60,101 bases of DNA from Promethearchaeota archaeon (GCA_048940445.1 JBHLON010000021.1:1-60101), one strand, 5' to 3'. Positions 22,439-32,766 are shown, counted from the stretch's first letter. Numbers and translations: made by a program. The notes: generated by a model from the sequence alone, not told the origin.

Positions 22439-23464
22439 TTGGCGGATATAATGAAGCTAAATGAAAGCCTTTGCTTAGGTATTGAATCAACTGCCCATAC
22501 GTGGGGTGTTGGAATCGTTGATTATAATGGGAATGTTTTAAGTTCAGTCAATGACATGTATATTCCTAAAAAAGGAGGACTCCACCCTGTATTAGTTCGC
22601 GAACAGCATTTAAATAATTTTATGAGAATTTTGAAGGAAGCTCTCGCTCAAGCTGAATGTTCAATTAAAGATATTGATCTGATCGCTTTTAGTCAAAGTC
22701 CCGGTCTTGGACCTGTGTTAAAAATAGGTGCGCTTGTAGCACGTTTGTTAAGCCAAAGTTTGGGTATTCCTATTGTTGGAATTAACCACTGTATTGCACA
22801 TATAGAAATAGGAAGGTTAATGTGCAAAATTAAGGATCCACTTACACTTTATGTATCCGGTGGTAATACAATAGTTAGTGCTTTTGAATCTAGAAGATAT
22901 CAAGTTTTTGGAGAGACTTTAGATATTCCTGTAGGCAATTTACTTGATTCTTTTGCTAGAGAAGCTGGCATCGCTCACCCTGGTGGTCCTAAAATTGAAG
23001 AACTAGCAAAAAAGTCTGATAAATATCTCACTCTCCCTTATATTGTTAAAGGAATGGATTTATCATTTTCTGGGCTATTTACTGCTGCCAAGAGGTTATT
23101 GAATTCCAAAAAATATGGTAAAGATTACTTTTTAAAAGATATCTCTTTTTCCTTACAAGAAACTGCTTTTTCAATGCTTACGGAAGTCACAGAAAGAGCT
23201 CTTGCTCACACAGAAAAACAAGAAGTCTTACTTACTGGAGGTGTAGCAGCGAATAAAAGGTTACAAGAAATGATAAGATCTATCAGTAATGAACATAATG
23301 CTAGATTTGAGGTAGTACCTTTAAAGTTTGCAGGGGATAATGGTGCTATGATCGCATGGACAGGAATTTTGAGGCATAAAAAAAGCGGAGAACAAAAAAT
23401 TTCTGATACAATAATCAAACCAAAAGAAAGAATGGACAATATTAATATTCCTTGGAGAAAATAG
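22439..23464 (+). CDS. kae1: KEOPS t6A synthase Kae1
   Basis: LGIESTAHT, PGLGP, NHCIAHIE, VSGGNT, GETLD, GGVAAN, DNGAMIA. Confidence 0.96.
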   Translation: MADIMKLNESLCLGIESTAHTWGVGIVDYNGNVLSSVNDMYIPKKGGLHPVLVREQHLNNFMRILKEALAQAECSIKDIDLIAFSQSPGLGPVLKIGALVARLLSQSLGIPIVGINHCIAHIEIGRLMCKIKDPLTLYVSGGNTIVSAFESRRYQVFGETLDIPVGNLLDSFAREAGIAHPGGPKIEELAKKSDKYLTLPYIVKGMDLSFSGLFTAAKRLLNSKKYGKDYFLKDISFSLQETAFSMLTEVTERALAHTEKQEVLLTGGVAANKRLQEMIRSISNEHNARFEVVPLKFAGDNGAMIAWTGILRHKKSGEQKISDTIIKPKERMDNINIPWRK

Positions 23465-23471
23465 GTGATAA

Positions 23472-24152
23472 ATGATAGAGTCTAACGTTACTAAAAAGGA
23501 GTTAATTCATAAAGGTGCAGAAGCGAGTTTATTTTATGGACATTGGTTTGACAAAGAAGTAATATTTAAACAACGTGTCCCTAAAAACTATCGAATTGAA
23601 CAACTTGATAAAAAAATTCGTACTATAAGAACTCTAAATGAAGCACGTGCTCTTATAAAAGTAAAAGAGTATGGAGTAAACACTCCCCAAGTGTATGAAA
23701 TCGACATAGAAAACTCAACAATAATTATGAAATATATTTCTGGTAAAAAGCTGAAAAATCTAATTTCGTCTTTAAATCTTATAAATAAGAAGAATATTTT
23801 TACTAAACTCGGACATATCATTGCTATTTTGCATACTAACGGCCATATTCATGGTGATATAACTACGAGTAATGTAATTGTAACGCAAAAAGAAGACATA
23901 TTTCTTATCGACTTTGGCCTCCATGATTATTCCGATTCTATAGAAGATAAAAGCGTTGATTTGCATCTTCTAAAAAGAGTTCTAATTTCATCCCATGGAG
24001 ATAGCTTTAAACTATGTTTTAATGCCTTTATCGAGGGTTATCGCTCAGAGTATAAAGAAAAAAGAATTGAAAATTGTAATGAAATAATAAAGAACATCTC
24101 TATTATAGAAACTAGAGGACGATATGTAAAAAAAGAACATAGATTATTATAG
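23472..24152 (+). CDS. bud32: KEOPS kinase/ATPase Bud32
   Basis: GAEA, K.Y R..LD, HGDITTSN, IDFGL, EDKSVDL, RGRY. Confidence 0.95.
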   Translation: MIESNVTKKELIHKGAEASLFYGHWFDKEVIFKQRVPKNYRIEQLDKKIRTIRTLNEARALIKVKEYGVNTPQVYEIDIENSTIIMKYISGKKLKNLISSLNLINKKNIFTKLGHIIAILHTNGHIHGDITTSNVIVTQKEDIFLIDFGLHDYSDSIEDKSVDLHLLKRVLISSHGDSFKLCFNAFIEGYRSEYKEKRIENCNEIIKNISIIETRGRYVKKEHRLL

Positions 24153-24415
24153 TAAAACATTTTCAATCACAATATATATATATGCTAATAATCGTTCAAA
24201 TTCTAAATAAATTTTTCAAAATAATTTATATCTGATTTAGAATGCTTTAAATACTTTATATAGGGAGAGATAATTTTATAAACAAGTTTTACTTATAATT
24301 TATTATTAAAAAGATGGAATAAGTTAAGGGTAGCAATTATTTTTGTCATCCCTTTTACTCTAAAATATTTATACGTCATTATTTTGCAGCTATAACTAGA
24401 AGGAAGTAAGTAGCT

Positions 24416-24616
24416 TTGCCAGATAAGAAAAAAAAGAAAAAACCATCAATGCAAAATATTACTATTAATATTCCTGAATGTTATGATAAAAATATACAAA
24501 AATTAATCGAGATGAAAATTATCCCAAGTCGCTCTGAGGCAATTAGAACAGCATTACGAGAATTCTTACACAACGAGTATAAGAATTTAAAATTATTAGG
24601 ATATTTTGATGAATAA
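24416..24616 (+). CDS. Ribbon-helix-helix (CopG-like) regulator
   Basis: MQNITINIP...PSRSEAIRTALREFL. Confidence 0.88.
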   Translation: MPDKKKKKKPSMQNITINIPECYDKNIQKLIEMKIIPSRSEAIRTALREFLHNEYKNLKLLGYFDE

Positions 24617-24640
24617 AACTTAAAAGAAAGGAATTTATTA

Positions 24641-24886
24641 TTACCTTCTTTTTCTAATTTTTCTAGCTTCTCTTTCAACTTCTCTTAAGATTACGATATC
24701 ATTTTCCCTTACAGGACCTTTTACATTTCTAGTTAAAATTCGATTTTTATCTGGACCTTCTAAAATTCTTACTTTTATTTGACTAATCTCACCAGTTAAA
24801 CCAGTTCTGCCTACAATCTGTATAACTTCTGCTGGAATGGAATTATCATCAGCTTGTGCTCCTTTTGACTTATCTAATTTAACCAA
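24641..24886 (-). CDS. rps28e: 30S ribosomal protein S28e
   Basis: [12 protein letters not shown]...RNVKGPVR..D...EREAR; TTG start behind GGTGA. Confidence 0.96.
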   Translation of the reverse strand: MVKLDKSKGAQADDNSIPAEVIQIVGRTGLTGEISQIKVRILEGPDKNRILTRNVKGPVRENDIVILREVEREARKIRKRR

Positions 24887-24899
24887 TTATTTCACCATC

Positions 24900-25271
24900 T
24901 CATTTCTTCAAGGTGCTTAACTTTTTAATAACGTTGTCTAAAATATTCTCATTTCCAGTTCCTAAATTCTCAATTGCTATCGCAGATGCTCCTACATTAA
25001 TTCTAACAGTATTCCCTAATTCTTTCTTTGTGGACAAATAGCCATATGGGATTGATTTTTCTTCACATAATAAAGGAACATGAAAAAGAATCTCCGGAGG
25101 GCTTACATCTTCAGCCATAACGACAATTTTGGCATTACTTCTTTCAATAGATTTAGTAACTTCATTCATTCCTCTCCTTATTTTAGAGTCTCTTGCTTCT
25201 GCTATAGTCCCCAAGATATTTTTTAATTCATTCTTTATATCGTCAGGAACTTTAAATTTTACATAACTCAT
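24900..25271 (-). CDS. rpl7ae: 50S ribosomal protein L7Ae (start at ATG 25271, behind GAAGGAG)
   Basis: MSYVKF.VP, GMNEVTKSIER, AEDVSPPEI..H.PLLCEEK. Confidence 0.95.
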   Translation of the reverse strand: MSYVKFKVPDDIKNELKNILGTIAEARDSKIRRGMNEVTKSIERSNAKIVVMAEDVSPPEILFHVPLLCEEKSIPYGYLSTKKELGNTVRINVGASAIAIENLGTGNENILDNVIKKLSTLKK

Positions 25272-25455
25272 ATTTTTCTCCTTCAAATATATAATTCTTA
25301 ATATATTATCATAATTCATCGATTTTGATAAAATATTAAATTGATAATGTAAAAAAAATTTTTGGATAATTTAAGGAAAATTTAATTATTTTCGAAAAAT
25401 TTTTTTTATCCCTTATATTATTTTCAATTGGATATACTATTTTTTAAAAGGTGAA

Positions 25456-25662
25456 TTGATTATAATAATACCCATTCGATGTTTTTCTTGTGGCAAACTT
25501 ATAGCTCACGTATATAAACCATATCTTGAACTTCTCGAGAAGGGCGAGAGTTCTGATGATGCTTTCAATCAACTTGGAATTAAAAGATTCTGTTGTCGTA
25601 GAATGATAGTTAGCCACGTAGATTTAATGGATGACTTATTAAAGTTTTCACGACTCCAATAA
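25456..25662 (+). CDS. rpoN: DNA-directed RNA polymerase subunit N (Rpo10)
   Basis: IPIRCFSCGK...LG..RFCCRRM. Confidence 0.96.
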   Translation: MIIIIPIRCFSCGKLIAHVYKPYLELLEKGESSDDAFNQLGIKRFCCRRMIVSHVDLMDDLLKFSRLQ

Positions 25663-25769
25663 AGAATTAAATATAATTGGAACTTTAAAAGTATAAATAC
25701 CCACGCATAAATATAAAAATAATCTGTGCATAAATTATTTTAAAACAAGACAGAAGTATTTCCAGATAG

Positions 25770-27116
25770 ATGCAAAGTTCAGCATTTAAAAGTTTATGCT
25801 TTATTTTTGGTACCCTCTTTTTATGCTTTGGTTCAGTTGTGCAACCTATTTTTCCATTTAACTGCAATCAAATTAAAAGTCAACAAGCACATAATCCTGA
25901 TTCATGGTCAAAAATAATTTCTCTGGAACATCAACGTTTAAATCAACCTAACTTAAAATTAATCAATGAAAGCATTTATGTCATGGGATCAGTATATTCA
26001 TTTAATAGATATGAGGATTATCTTTACATAGCTAAATTTAACACATCAGGTACAAAAATTTGGGAACAGATATATCAAGAATCACCTTCTTGGGATTATT
26101 GTTTTGAATTTGATTCTAAAGAGAATCTTTATATAATTGGCAATAGATGGAATGATTACATGTCATCCAGTTCATATCCCTTTTTATTAAAGTTTAGTGC
26201 TTCAGGAGTACTGATATGGTCAAAAATATTAGATTTTTATAATTACACTAATATTCATTCAATTCAAATAGATGTTAATGATTCTATCTACATCACTGGA
26301 GCCAGTTATAGTACTGGAAGACAAAATTTTTTATTAAAGTTAGATGCCTCAGGTAATCTTATTTGGAATCAAGAGTTAGATGAGAATTATATTCATATTT
26401 ATGGGTCACTCTTATGTTATAACAATCATAGTGTAATTTATTCGAAATTATACCCCCAAAACATCATTTTAACTGTGGGGGATTATAATTCTGAAATATG
26501 GATTATGAAACTTAATAGTACAGGCATTATACTTGATAAAGTCTACATTGGCAAGATAGATTTTACTACAGGGCAGGAATTTTATTTAGGGTTGGATAAA
26601 GATATTTATGTTTTCTTTTATAAAAGAACCCCTTTTCTATTAAAATATGATACTAATTTAAATTTCATTTGGAATATTACTATGAATCAAAACTTTGCAA
26701 ATATGCTCTCAGTGTATATAAATCTTAGGGTTGATTCTAACCAAGATATTACTTTTATTTATGATGCTAAAAGGAATGGTTGTGATATTGGCATTCTGAA
26801 ACTTAACAGTTCAGGTCAGGTAACAGATCATTACTTTTGGGGCGGTTCTTACGATGATACAATCGGTGCAATTGAAATGGATTCACAAGATAATTTATTT
26901 ATAGTATGCCAAGCCGAATTCTATCATATTTGGACAGATCCTGAAACCTATCCAGTATTAATTAAGAATCCTATACCTAATGGAAAACCTCCAGCTTATC
27001 AGAGTTATGATATACGTGACTATTACATCTTTTCATTTTTGGGTATATTAAGCCTAATTTCTGTAATTTCTCTATTTTCAATTCTAAAACATAAATCAAA
27101 AAAAAGAGTAAATTGA
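25770..27116 (+). CDS. Secreted beta-propeller repeat protein with C-terminal membrane anchor
   Basis: Signal-like N-terminus, repeated K.(D/N).SG...W and DS..N.YI.G motifs, C-terminal TM plus basic tail. Confidence 0.8.
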   Translation: MQSSAFKSLCFIFGTLFLCFGSVVQPIFPFNCNQIKSQQAHNPDSWSKIISLEHQRLNQPNLKLINESIYVMGSVYSFNRYEDYLYIAKFNTSGTKIWEQIYQESPSWDYCFEFDSKENLYIIGNRWNDYMSSSSYPFLLKFSASGVLIWSKILDFYNYTNIHSIQIDVNDSIYITGASYSTGRQNFLLKLDASGNLIWNQELDENYIHIYGSLLCYNNHSVIYSKLYPQNIILTVGDYNSEIWIMKLNSTGIILDKVYIGKIDFTTGQEFYLGLDKDIYVFFYKRTPFLLKYDTNLNFIWNITMNQNFANMLSVYINLRVDSNQDITFIYDAKRNGCDIGILKLNSSGQVTDHYFWGGSYDDTIGAIEMDSQDNLFIVCQAEFYHIWTDPETYPVLIKNPIPNGKPPAYQSYDIRDYYIFSFLGILSLISVISLFSILKHKSKKRVN

Positions 27117-27611
27117 CAGAGGAAACAAAGGAATAAATATCGCTAAAAGCCCAACGAAAAATGATGATGCATTAGCTATAGATGTTGAAATGAATAAGAT
27201 ATCATTTCCTTTTATTGAATTTATGAAAATCTTGTTTAATTCAATTTTGAAGAGAAACCATTCTATGAATATTACTAAAATTTCTACTCCTAAAATATAG
27301 AACCAAAAGAAAGAATATAGATATCGAGATATAATATATGCAAGTATTTGAGTAAGGGGAAACGTTACTAAATTAACTTTAAAGCAGGATAAAAGCACTT
27401 TACGATTCCATTGGTTGTTAGTCATTATTAATTGAAATATCCCATATTCAATAGAAGTACCTATAAGGAAGAAAATAATTAAACAAATTGACCGCATAAA
27501 TGGATCTTCCGGTAGATTAACTGCTACTGGATCAGCATTCCCTCTTATTAACACCAACTCAAAAACTAAAAAGTTAATGAATAATAAGTAGAATAAATTT
27601 CGTCTTTTCAC
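27096..27611 (-). CDS. Integral membrane protein
   Basis: About five hydrophobic helices; IE, NLVT.P, E..V..IE, AN..SF..G motifs. Confidence 0.7.
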   Translation of the reverse strand: MKRRNLFYLLFINFLVFELVLIRGNADPVAVNLPEDPFMRSICLIIFFLIGTSIEYGIFQLIMTNNQWNRKVLLSCFKVNLVTFPLTQILAYIISRYLYSFFWFYILGVEILVIFIEWFLFKIELNKIFINSIKGNDILFISTSIANASSFFVGLLAIFIPLFPLSIYSFF

Positions 27612-27700
27612 ATAATGAAGAGGGGCAGGAGACTATAAAACACTTTTGGTAGAAATCAAACTTTATATATCTCTAAAATTTATATACTCTTGAAAATCTA

Positions 27701-27883
27701 TTATTGTTTTCCGTAATAGGAAGTCCATCTGGTTTTACGTGGATTCTTATTATATTTTAGCATGGCCTTACGACATTTTGGTGTGCAGAAATTCAAGATT
27801 GTTCCATCACGCCTCACAAACATGTGACCTCTTCCAATTGGAATATCATAGCCACAAAAAGAACATTTTTTTACTTTGACCAT
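27701..27883 (-). CDS. rpl24e: 50S ribosomal protein L24e
   Basis: CSFCG..I..G.G.MFVR.DG...FC..KC...NPRK..WT. Confidence 0.96.
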   Translation of the reverse strand: MVKVKKCSFCGYDIPIGRGHMFVRRDGTILNFCTPKCRKAMLKYNKNPRKTRWTSYYGKQ

Positions 27884-27911
27884 TGCTATATCATCTCAAG
27901 ATTAGTAAATA

Positions 27912-28331
27912 TTATTCTTCTTCCCCTTTAACTTTAAATAATTCGACATCTCCGTAATTAACCACACTTAGATTTATTAATGTCATATCAAAAGTAATCT
28001 CATTTCCCCGAACCATTTTTCTTCGCTTCTGTCCCTTTCTTTTTGGTTTATATCCTGTTCCGCGTTTTGTGGCTAAAATCCTTTTTTTAACTGGACCGTG
28101 TACATCTCTTCTCATTGGAAATCCACTTGAATCAGAGCCGCCAGTGATTTTAAATTCATAGTTCGGAAATCCTATTATACCTCCATTAATTGAGTCTCCA
28201 ATTTTCATACCTTCAAATCTAAATTTCTTTTCGTCGATTTCCACTAACTTGGATAACCCTTTTCCGGGACCAGTTTTTCCACCAGAAATATTCAGCTTAT
28301 ATGTTCTTTTCTCTGAACTCATATCTATCAA
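27912..28331 (-). CDS. rps6e: 30S ribosomal protein S6e
   Basis: ITGGSDSSGFPMR.DV.G, RRKMVRGN.I. Confidence 0.95.
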   Translation of the reverse strand: MIDMSSEKRTYKLNISGGKTGPGKGLSKLVEIDEKKFRFEGMKIGDSINGGIIGFPNYEFKITGGSDSSGFPMRRDVHGPVKKRILATKRGTGYKPKRKGQKRRKMVRGNEITFDMTLINLSVVNYGDVELFKVKGEEE

Positions 28332-28489
28332 ATTTTTAAAGAGAGAACTACTATGAAAAATAACCTAAAATTTAAAAATTTTATTGATTTCGCAGTGTTT
28401 CTCATAAATCTGTCATTCTATTAAAAATAATAAAATTTATTTTAACGATCAGTACCTATAAAATTATAGAATATCTAGGATTTGGTTAA

Positions 28490-29290
28490 ATGCAAATTTT
28501 TGAAGTTCTTGAACTACGAGAAAAGCCATTTTTTCTGACTGTAGATGTAACAGAAGGAGAAACTGTACGCGACGTGTTGACTGACTCTAATAGTTATAAA
28601 GTATATTTATTAGTGGATCATGATACTAAACGAATTTGGACTTATAATGGTCCCAATAGTTCACTAAAACTGCAAATATTCGGTGGCATCCTTGCTAATA
28701 TGCTTCGGAAACAACTTAAACTATTTTATCGAATATACCCTTTAAATATGTATACAATAGAGGAGAAAGAATTTCTAGAAATCTTAGATAAACCATTGGG
28801 AGAAGGAAGAGCAAGACCTATCGAGAAAAGTGATTTTACTGAAACTAAAGAGACTTCAACTACCGGAGATTTAATAATACATAATCCCCGATTAAAGAAT
28901 GCAATTGAAACTATAAAAGATTATCATCTTCCTCAAAATTTTAAAAGAGTATTTGTCATTATAGGTGGTATCCTATATTCAGAAGAAGAAATTACAGAAA
29001 CGTTTTTAAAGGAAGAAAACATAACAAAAGAATTTGTAAAAATGGGGCGTCTCAATAACGGATTTACATTCTTTAACGATCGTAATTATTCTATTCGTTT
29101 TTTAGTGAAGAACCGTGCTATTCAAGGATTGGAACTCTTCATTCCTGAATATGAAAAGATTATTCCATTAGAATTAAAGGTACCTTTAATTCCTGAAGAA
29201 AAATTTAGTAGAGAAGGCAAAATTGAATCCTTGATTAAATCTTTTAATATTCCTAAGAAAATACCAGATAAAAACAATAGTACAGATTAA
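28490..29290 (+). CDS. Gelsolin-like domain protein with C-terminal unknown domain
   Basis: N-terminal L...KVYLLVDHDTKRIWTYNG..SS....A..LR...EF pattern resembles a gelsolin repeat. Confidence 0.65.
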   Translation: MQIFEVLELREKPFFLTVDVTEGETVRDVLTDSNSYKVYLLVDHDTKRIWTYNGPNSSLKLQIFGGILANMLRKQLKLFYRIYPLNMYTIEEKEFLEILDKPLGEGRARPIEKSDFTETKETSTTGDLIIHNPRLKNAIETIKDYHLPQNFKRVFVIIGGILYSEEEITETFLKEENITKEFVKMGRLNNGFTFFNDRNYSIRFLVKNRAIQGLELFIPEYEKIIPLELKVPLIPEEKFSREGKIESLIKSFNIPKKIPDKNNSTD

Positions 29291-29313
29291 ATTAAAAAAT
29301 CCAGCCAACAAGC

Positions 29314-30645
29314 ATGATATTACTTATTAACCCTAAGACAACTAAACCTTCAGAGATTCAGAGTGAATTTTTTAGAGAACCTAACTTAGGGATACTTTAC
29401 ATAGCTGCTATGTTAGATAAATATGGTATAGATGTAGATATTTTAGATTTAGAGCATTATTCTGAATTGAGTGAAATAAGTTTAAGAGATATAATCATTG
29501 AAAATATACGGGATAAAATTATAATTGGAATCACATCACTGACAAATACATTTGACTTAGCTCTTAAAATTGTTAACATTGTTAAGGAATATAGTAAGGA
29601 AAAGTTTATTGTATTGGGAGGTCCACATGTCTCCTTTTATTATAAAGAAATTTTACAATCCACTAAAAATGTTGATTATATTTGTGTTGGTGAAGGTGAA
29701 GAATCCTTTCTCCAATTATCAAGAGTGTTAATGGATTACAATGATATAAAACCTCAAAATTACGAGGATAAAATAGAGAAAATAAGAGGATTAGCTTTTA
29801 ATAACTCGAATAATAGACTAATTTTTACAGGTTATCCGGATTTTATTGATATCGAGATAATTCCCTTACCAGCACGATATAAATTAGAATCTAATGGTTA
29901 TTATCGAGTAGCTAATATTATTATAAATCGAGGGTGTCCATATCATTGTTCTTTTTGTTCTCGCCAAAAATTGTTTAAGAATGTGAGAATCAGGACTATA
30001 GATTCGATCTTATCCGAAATAAGAGATATTATTGCTTACCAAAATTATACTTATATTAATTTCTATGATAATATCAATATTGAAACCTCATTTTTTAAGG
30101 GCTTCTTAAATATGTTTCTTGAAAATAAGATAAATATGCCCTGGGGATGTGAATTAAGAGTAGATAGTATAACAGATGACCAAGCTTACCTCCTAAGTAA
30201 TGCTGGATGCAGATTAGTTGCCACTGGTATCGAATCAGCCAGTATTGAAGTCCTAAAGCAAAATTTAAAATATCAAAATCCTAGGGATGTTATGAATGGT
30301 ATTATTAATTTAAAGAAATACGATATTCCAATCCAGGCATATTTTGTATTAGGGTTACCCGGTGAAACTGAGGCAACCTTTAATCACACTCTTGAGTTTA
30401 TCAAAAAATTACCTTTTGGCGCGGATGATAAAATAAATTATTTTATTGCGACTCCATATCCCGGTTCACGATTGTGGGAAGAGAAAGACAAGTTCAATAT
30501 AGAAATTATTGAAAAAGATTTCACGAAATATGATTGTCAGCATATCATCTTTGAAACTCCAGATCTTAAAAAGGAAATTCTTGAGAAGCTATATCAAAAA
30601 GCTAAAGCTATTGAACTTTATTTCCAAAACAAATCCAACAATTGA
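29314..30645 (+). CDS. Cobalamin-binding radical SAM protein
   Basis: LG..YIAA, GGPH, GEGE, RGCPYHCSFC, GIES, GLPGET, PYPGS. Confidence 0.93.
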   Translation: MILLINPKTTKPSEIQSEFFREPNLGILYIAAMLDKYGIDVDILDLEHYSELSEISLRDIIIENIRDKIIIGITSLTNTFDLALKIVNIVKEYSKEKFIVLGGPHVSFYYKEILQSTKNVDYICVGEGEESFLQLSRVLMDYNDIKPQNYEDKIEKIRGLAFNNSNNRLIFTGYPDFIDIEIIPLPARYKLESNGYYRVANIIINRGCPYHCSFCSRQKLFKNVRIRTIDSILSEIRDIIAYQNYTYINFYDNINIETSFFKGFLNMFLENKINMPWGCELRVDSITDDQAYLLSNAGCRLVATGIESASIEVLKQNLKYQNPRDVMNGIINLKKYDIPIQAYFVLGLPGETEATFNHTLEFIKKLPFGADDKINYFIATPYPGSRLWEEKDKFNIEIIEKDFTKYDCQHIIFETPDLKKEILEKLYQKAKAIELYFQNKSNN

Positions 30646-30651
30646 GACAGT

Positions 30652-30966
30652 TTAACGAGGTCTATATGGCATACAATATGGAAAAGCCCTATAGAAAGTT
30701 TCAAAAGCTTCTCTTTCTTTGCCCTCATGAATTAAACTTTTGACCTTTATTAAATTGACTTTCTGTTGTTTAAATGGTTCTGGTCTATCGCGTTTAATCT
30801 CACGGTTTGTGATTAGGGTACTTAATAATTCAATTATCTTATCTCCGTTTCTTTCTTTAAAATTCTTGAAATCTTTATGACATAGTTCTAAAGAATTACT
30901 TTCTTTTGGATCTTTTGGATCCCTTCCTTGGGGGGTTGAAAACATCTTTAATGATACTTTACTAAT
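30652..30966 (-). CDS. Hypothetical protein (possible ATT start at 30966; first ATG 30945)
   Basis: 97-aa ORF from ATG; GGTGA plus 6 nt precedes an in-frame ATT seven codons upstream. Confidence 0.6.
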   Translation of the reverse strand: MSKVSLKMFSTPQGRDPKDPKESNSLELCHKDFKNFKERNGDKIIELLSTLITNREIKRDRPEPFKQQKVNLIKVKSLIHEGKEREAFETFYRAFPYCMPYRPR

Positions 30967-31199
30967 TATTTCTCACCCTTTTTGTATTGTTTAAAAATTT
31001 GTTACCTTAATGTATAAAAAAATTTCGCTATTTATAATTTACTGCGCTCGTATCTTTAATGATTAATACTCTTTTTAAGATGATTTGTTACATAATTTTA
31101 TTAAGAGAGAATTAACTCTAATTTAATGTGGATATTGAATTAATCATATTATCCATAAAATACAATAAAATAAAAAGAAGATAAGTACTGTGTTTTTGT

Positions 31200-32492
31200 A
31201 TGGCAAAACCGGAATATTTTATCGGAGAAGCTTTAATTGGAGAGGCTCCTGATCTCGCCCATATCGATTTAATTATTGGCTCAAAGGATGGCCCTGTTGG
31301 AGTTTCTTTTGCAAATGCATTAAGTTCACCTTCAATGGGTCATGGTGGGTTGTTAGCCTGCATCAGACCAAACTTGTTATCCAAACCCATTAGTCTTGTT
31401 ATCCCAAAAGTTACAGTCTCTAAAATGGAAGAAGCAAATAAAATATTTGGCCCTGCTCAAGCAGCTGTAGCAAAAGCTATAGCCGATGCTGTAGAAGAAA
31501 ATCTTATTCCAATGAATAAACTAGATGAGTGGTTGTTAATTGTAAGTGTGTTTATTCATCCCGCTGCGACTGACTACCGAAAGATTTATCAGTATAATTA
31601 TGGAGCTACAAAATTGGCAATCCAAAGAGCATTAAAGCATTATCCTCCTATAGAAAAAATCTTTTATGACAAAGATCGTGCAAAGCATCCTGTAGCAGGA
31701 TTAAGAGTTCCAAGATTGTGGAGACCCCCCTATCTTCAAATCGCATTAGATCATCCAGAACTCTCACACCAAATAAAAGTGGTGCAACAATTACCAAAGA
31801 GCGATAGAATTATTCTTGAGGTTGGGACTCCCTTTCTAAAGAAATATGGAGTAGAAGCAATTAAGAAAATTCGAGAACTAGAATCTGATAAATTTATTGT
31901 TGCTGATTTGAAAACTCTTGACGTAGGAAAATTAGAAGTAGATTTTGCATTTGATGCTACTGCTGATGCTGTTGTGGCTAGTGGACTGGCATCGGCTTCC
32001 TCCCTTGATAAGTTTATTTTGGAAGCCCAAAGACTTGGAATTTATGCTTTTATAGATACCATGGAAGTTGCGGATCCAGTAAGCAAATTAAAACTACTAA
32101 AACAAATTCCTAATGTAGTAGTTCTGCATAGAGCTATTGATGTTGAACTTGCTACAGAATCGACGTCACCAGATGCAGAACAACGAGCACGATGGGGATT
32201 AGTACCTGAAATAAAGCAATTATATAAAGATAAAAAATTGGCTTCCGGTAAAGATCGTGTACTTATTGCTGTTGCTGGAGGAATCGAACCTTCTACTGGC
32301 AGATATGCACTTGAAATGGGCGCGGATATTTTGATTATAGGGAGGTTTATAACGTCATCTAAAGATATTAAAAATTCAACAAGACAATTGCTTAATATGA
32401 TACCTGGTTATTCAGATATTGACTTAAAGAGAATTCATACCGAAGATGATGATAGCTCAGTAAATCAAAGAGCTGCGGCAAAATGGGATTAA
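31200..32492 (+). CDS. fae-hps: Bifunctional formaldehyde-activating enzyme / 3-hexulose-6-phosphate synthase
   Basis: GEALIG...AHIDL.IG.K.GPVG, FGPAQAAVAKA, YNYGATK; PPYLQIALD, EVGTP, ADLKTLD.G, HRAID, VAGG. Confidence 0.95.
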   Translation: MAKPEYFIGEALIGEAPDLAHIDLIIGSKDGPVGVSFANALSSPSMGHGGLLACIRPNLLSKPISLVIPKVTVSKMEEANKIFGPAQAAVAKAIADAVEENLIPMNKLDEWLLIVSVFIHPAATDYRKIYQYNYGATKLAIQRALKHYPPIEKIFYDKDRAKHPVAGLRVPRLWRPPYLQIALDHPELSHQIKVVQQLPKSDRIILEVGTPFLKKYGVEAIKKIRELESDKFIVADLKTLDVGKLEVDFAFDATADAVVASGLASASSLDKFILEAQRLGIYAFIDTMEVADPVSKLKLLKQIPNVVVLHRAIDVELATESTSPDAEQRARWGLVPEIKQLYKDKKLASGKDRVLIAVAGGIEPSTGRYALEMGADILIIGRFITSSKDIKNSTRQLLNMIPGYSDIDLKRIHTEDDDSSVNQRAAAKWD

Positions 32493-32557
32493 TTACATTG
32501 TTCTTTTTAAAAAAACTAATTTCTATTTATTAAGATAAAAGCTAGAAACAAATTAAA

Positions 32558-32728
32558 TTAATCTTTAAGAATTAATTTCTTAATTCGTTCTGGTAAGAGA
32601 AATCCGATATAGAATTCAATAGAGCTAGACAATAGTATTAATCTGGCAATTATATAGATAGGGGTAGTTGAAATTGGGAAATCTAAAACAGTTCCTATGG
32701 TAAATGAGATAAATGCCGTTAAAAGCAA
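32558..32728 (-). pseudogene. Remnant encoding the last two TM helices of a 7TM-type membrane protein
   Basis: Manual translation LLLTAFISFTIGTVLDFPISTTPIYIIARLILLSSSIEFYIGFLLPERIKKLILKD*; in-frame stop five codons upstream; C-terminus resembles that of 19310-20059. Confidence 0.55.
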
Positions 32729-32766
32729 CTTTTTTTGAACTTAAACTTTTTCTATTTTAGCCTTAA

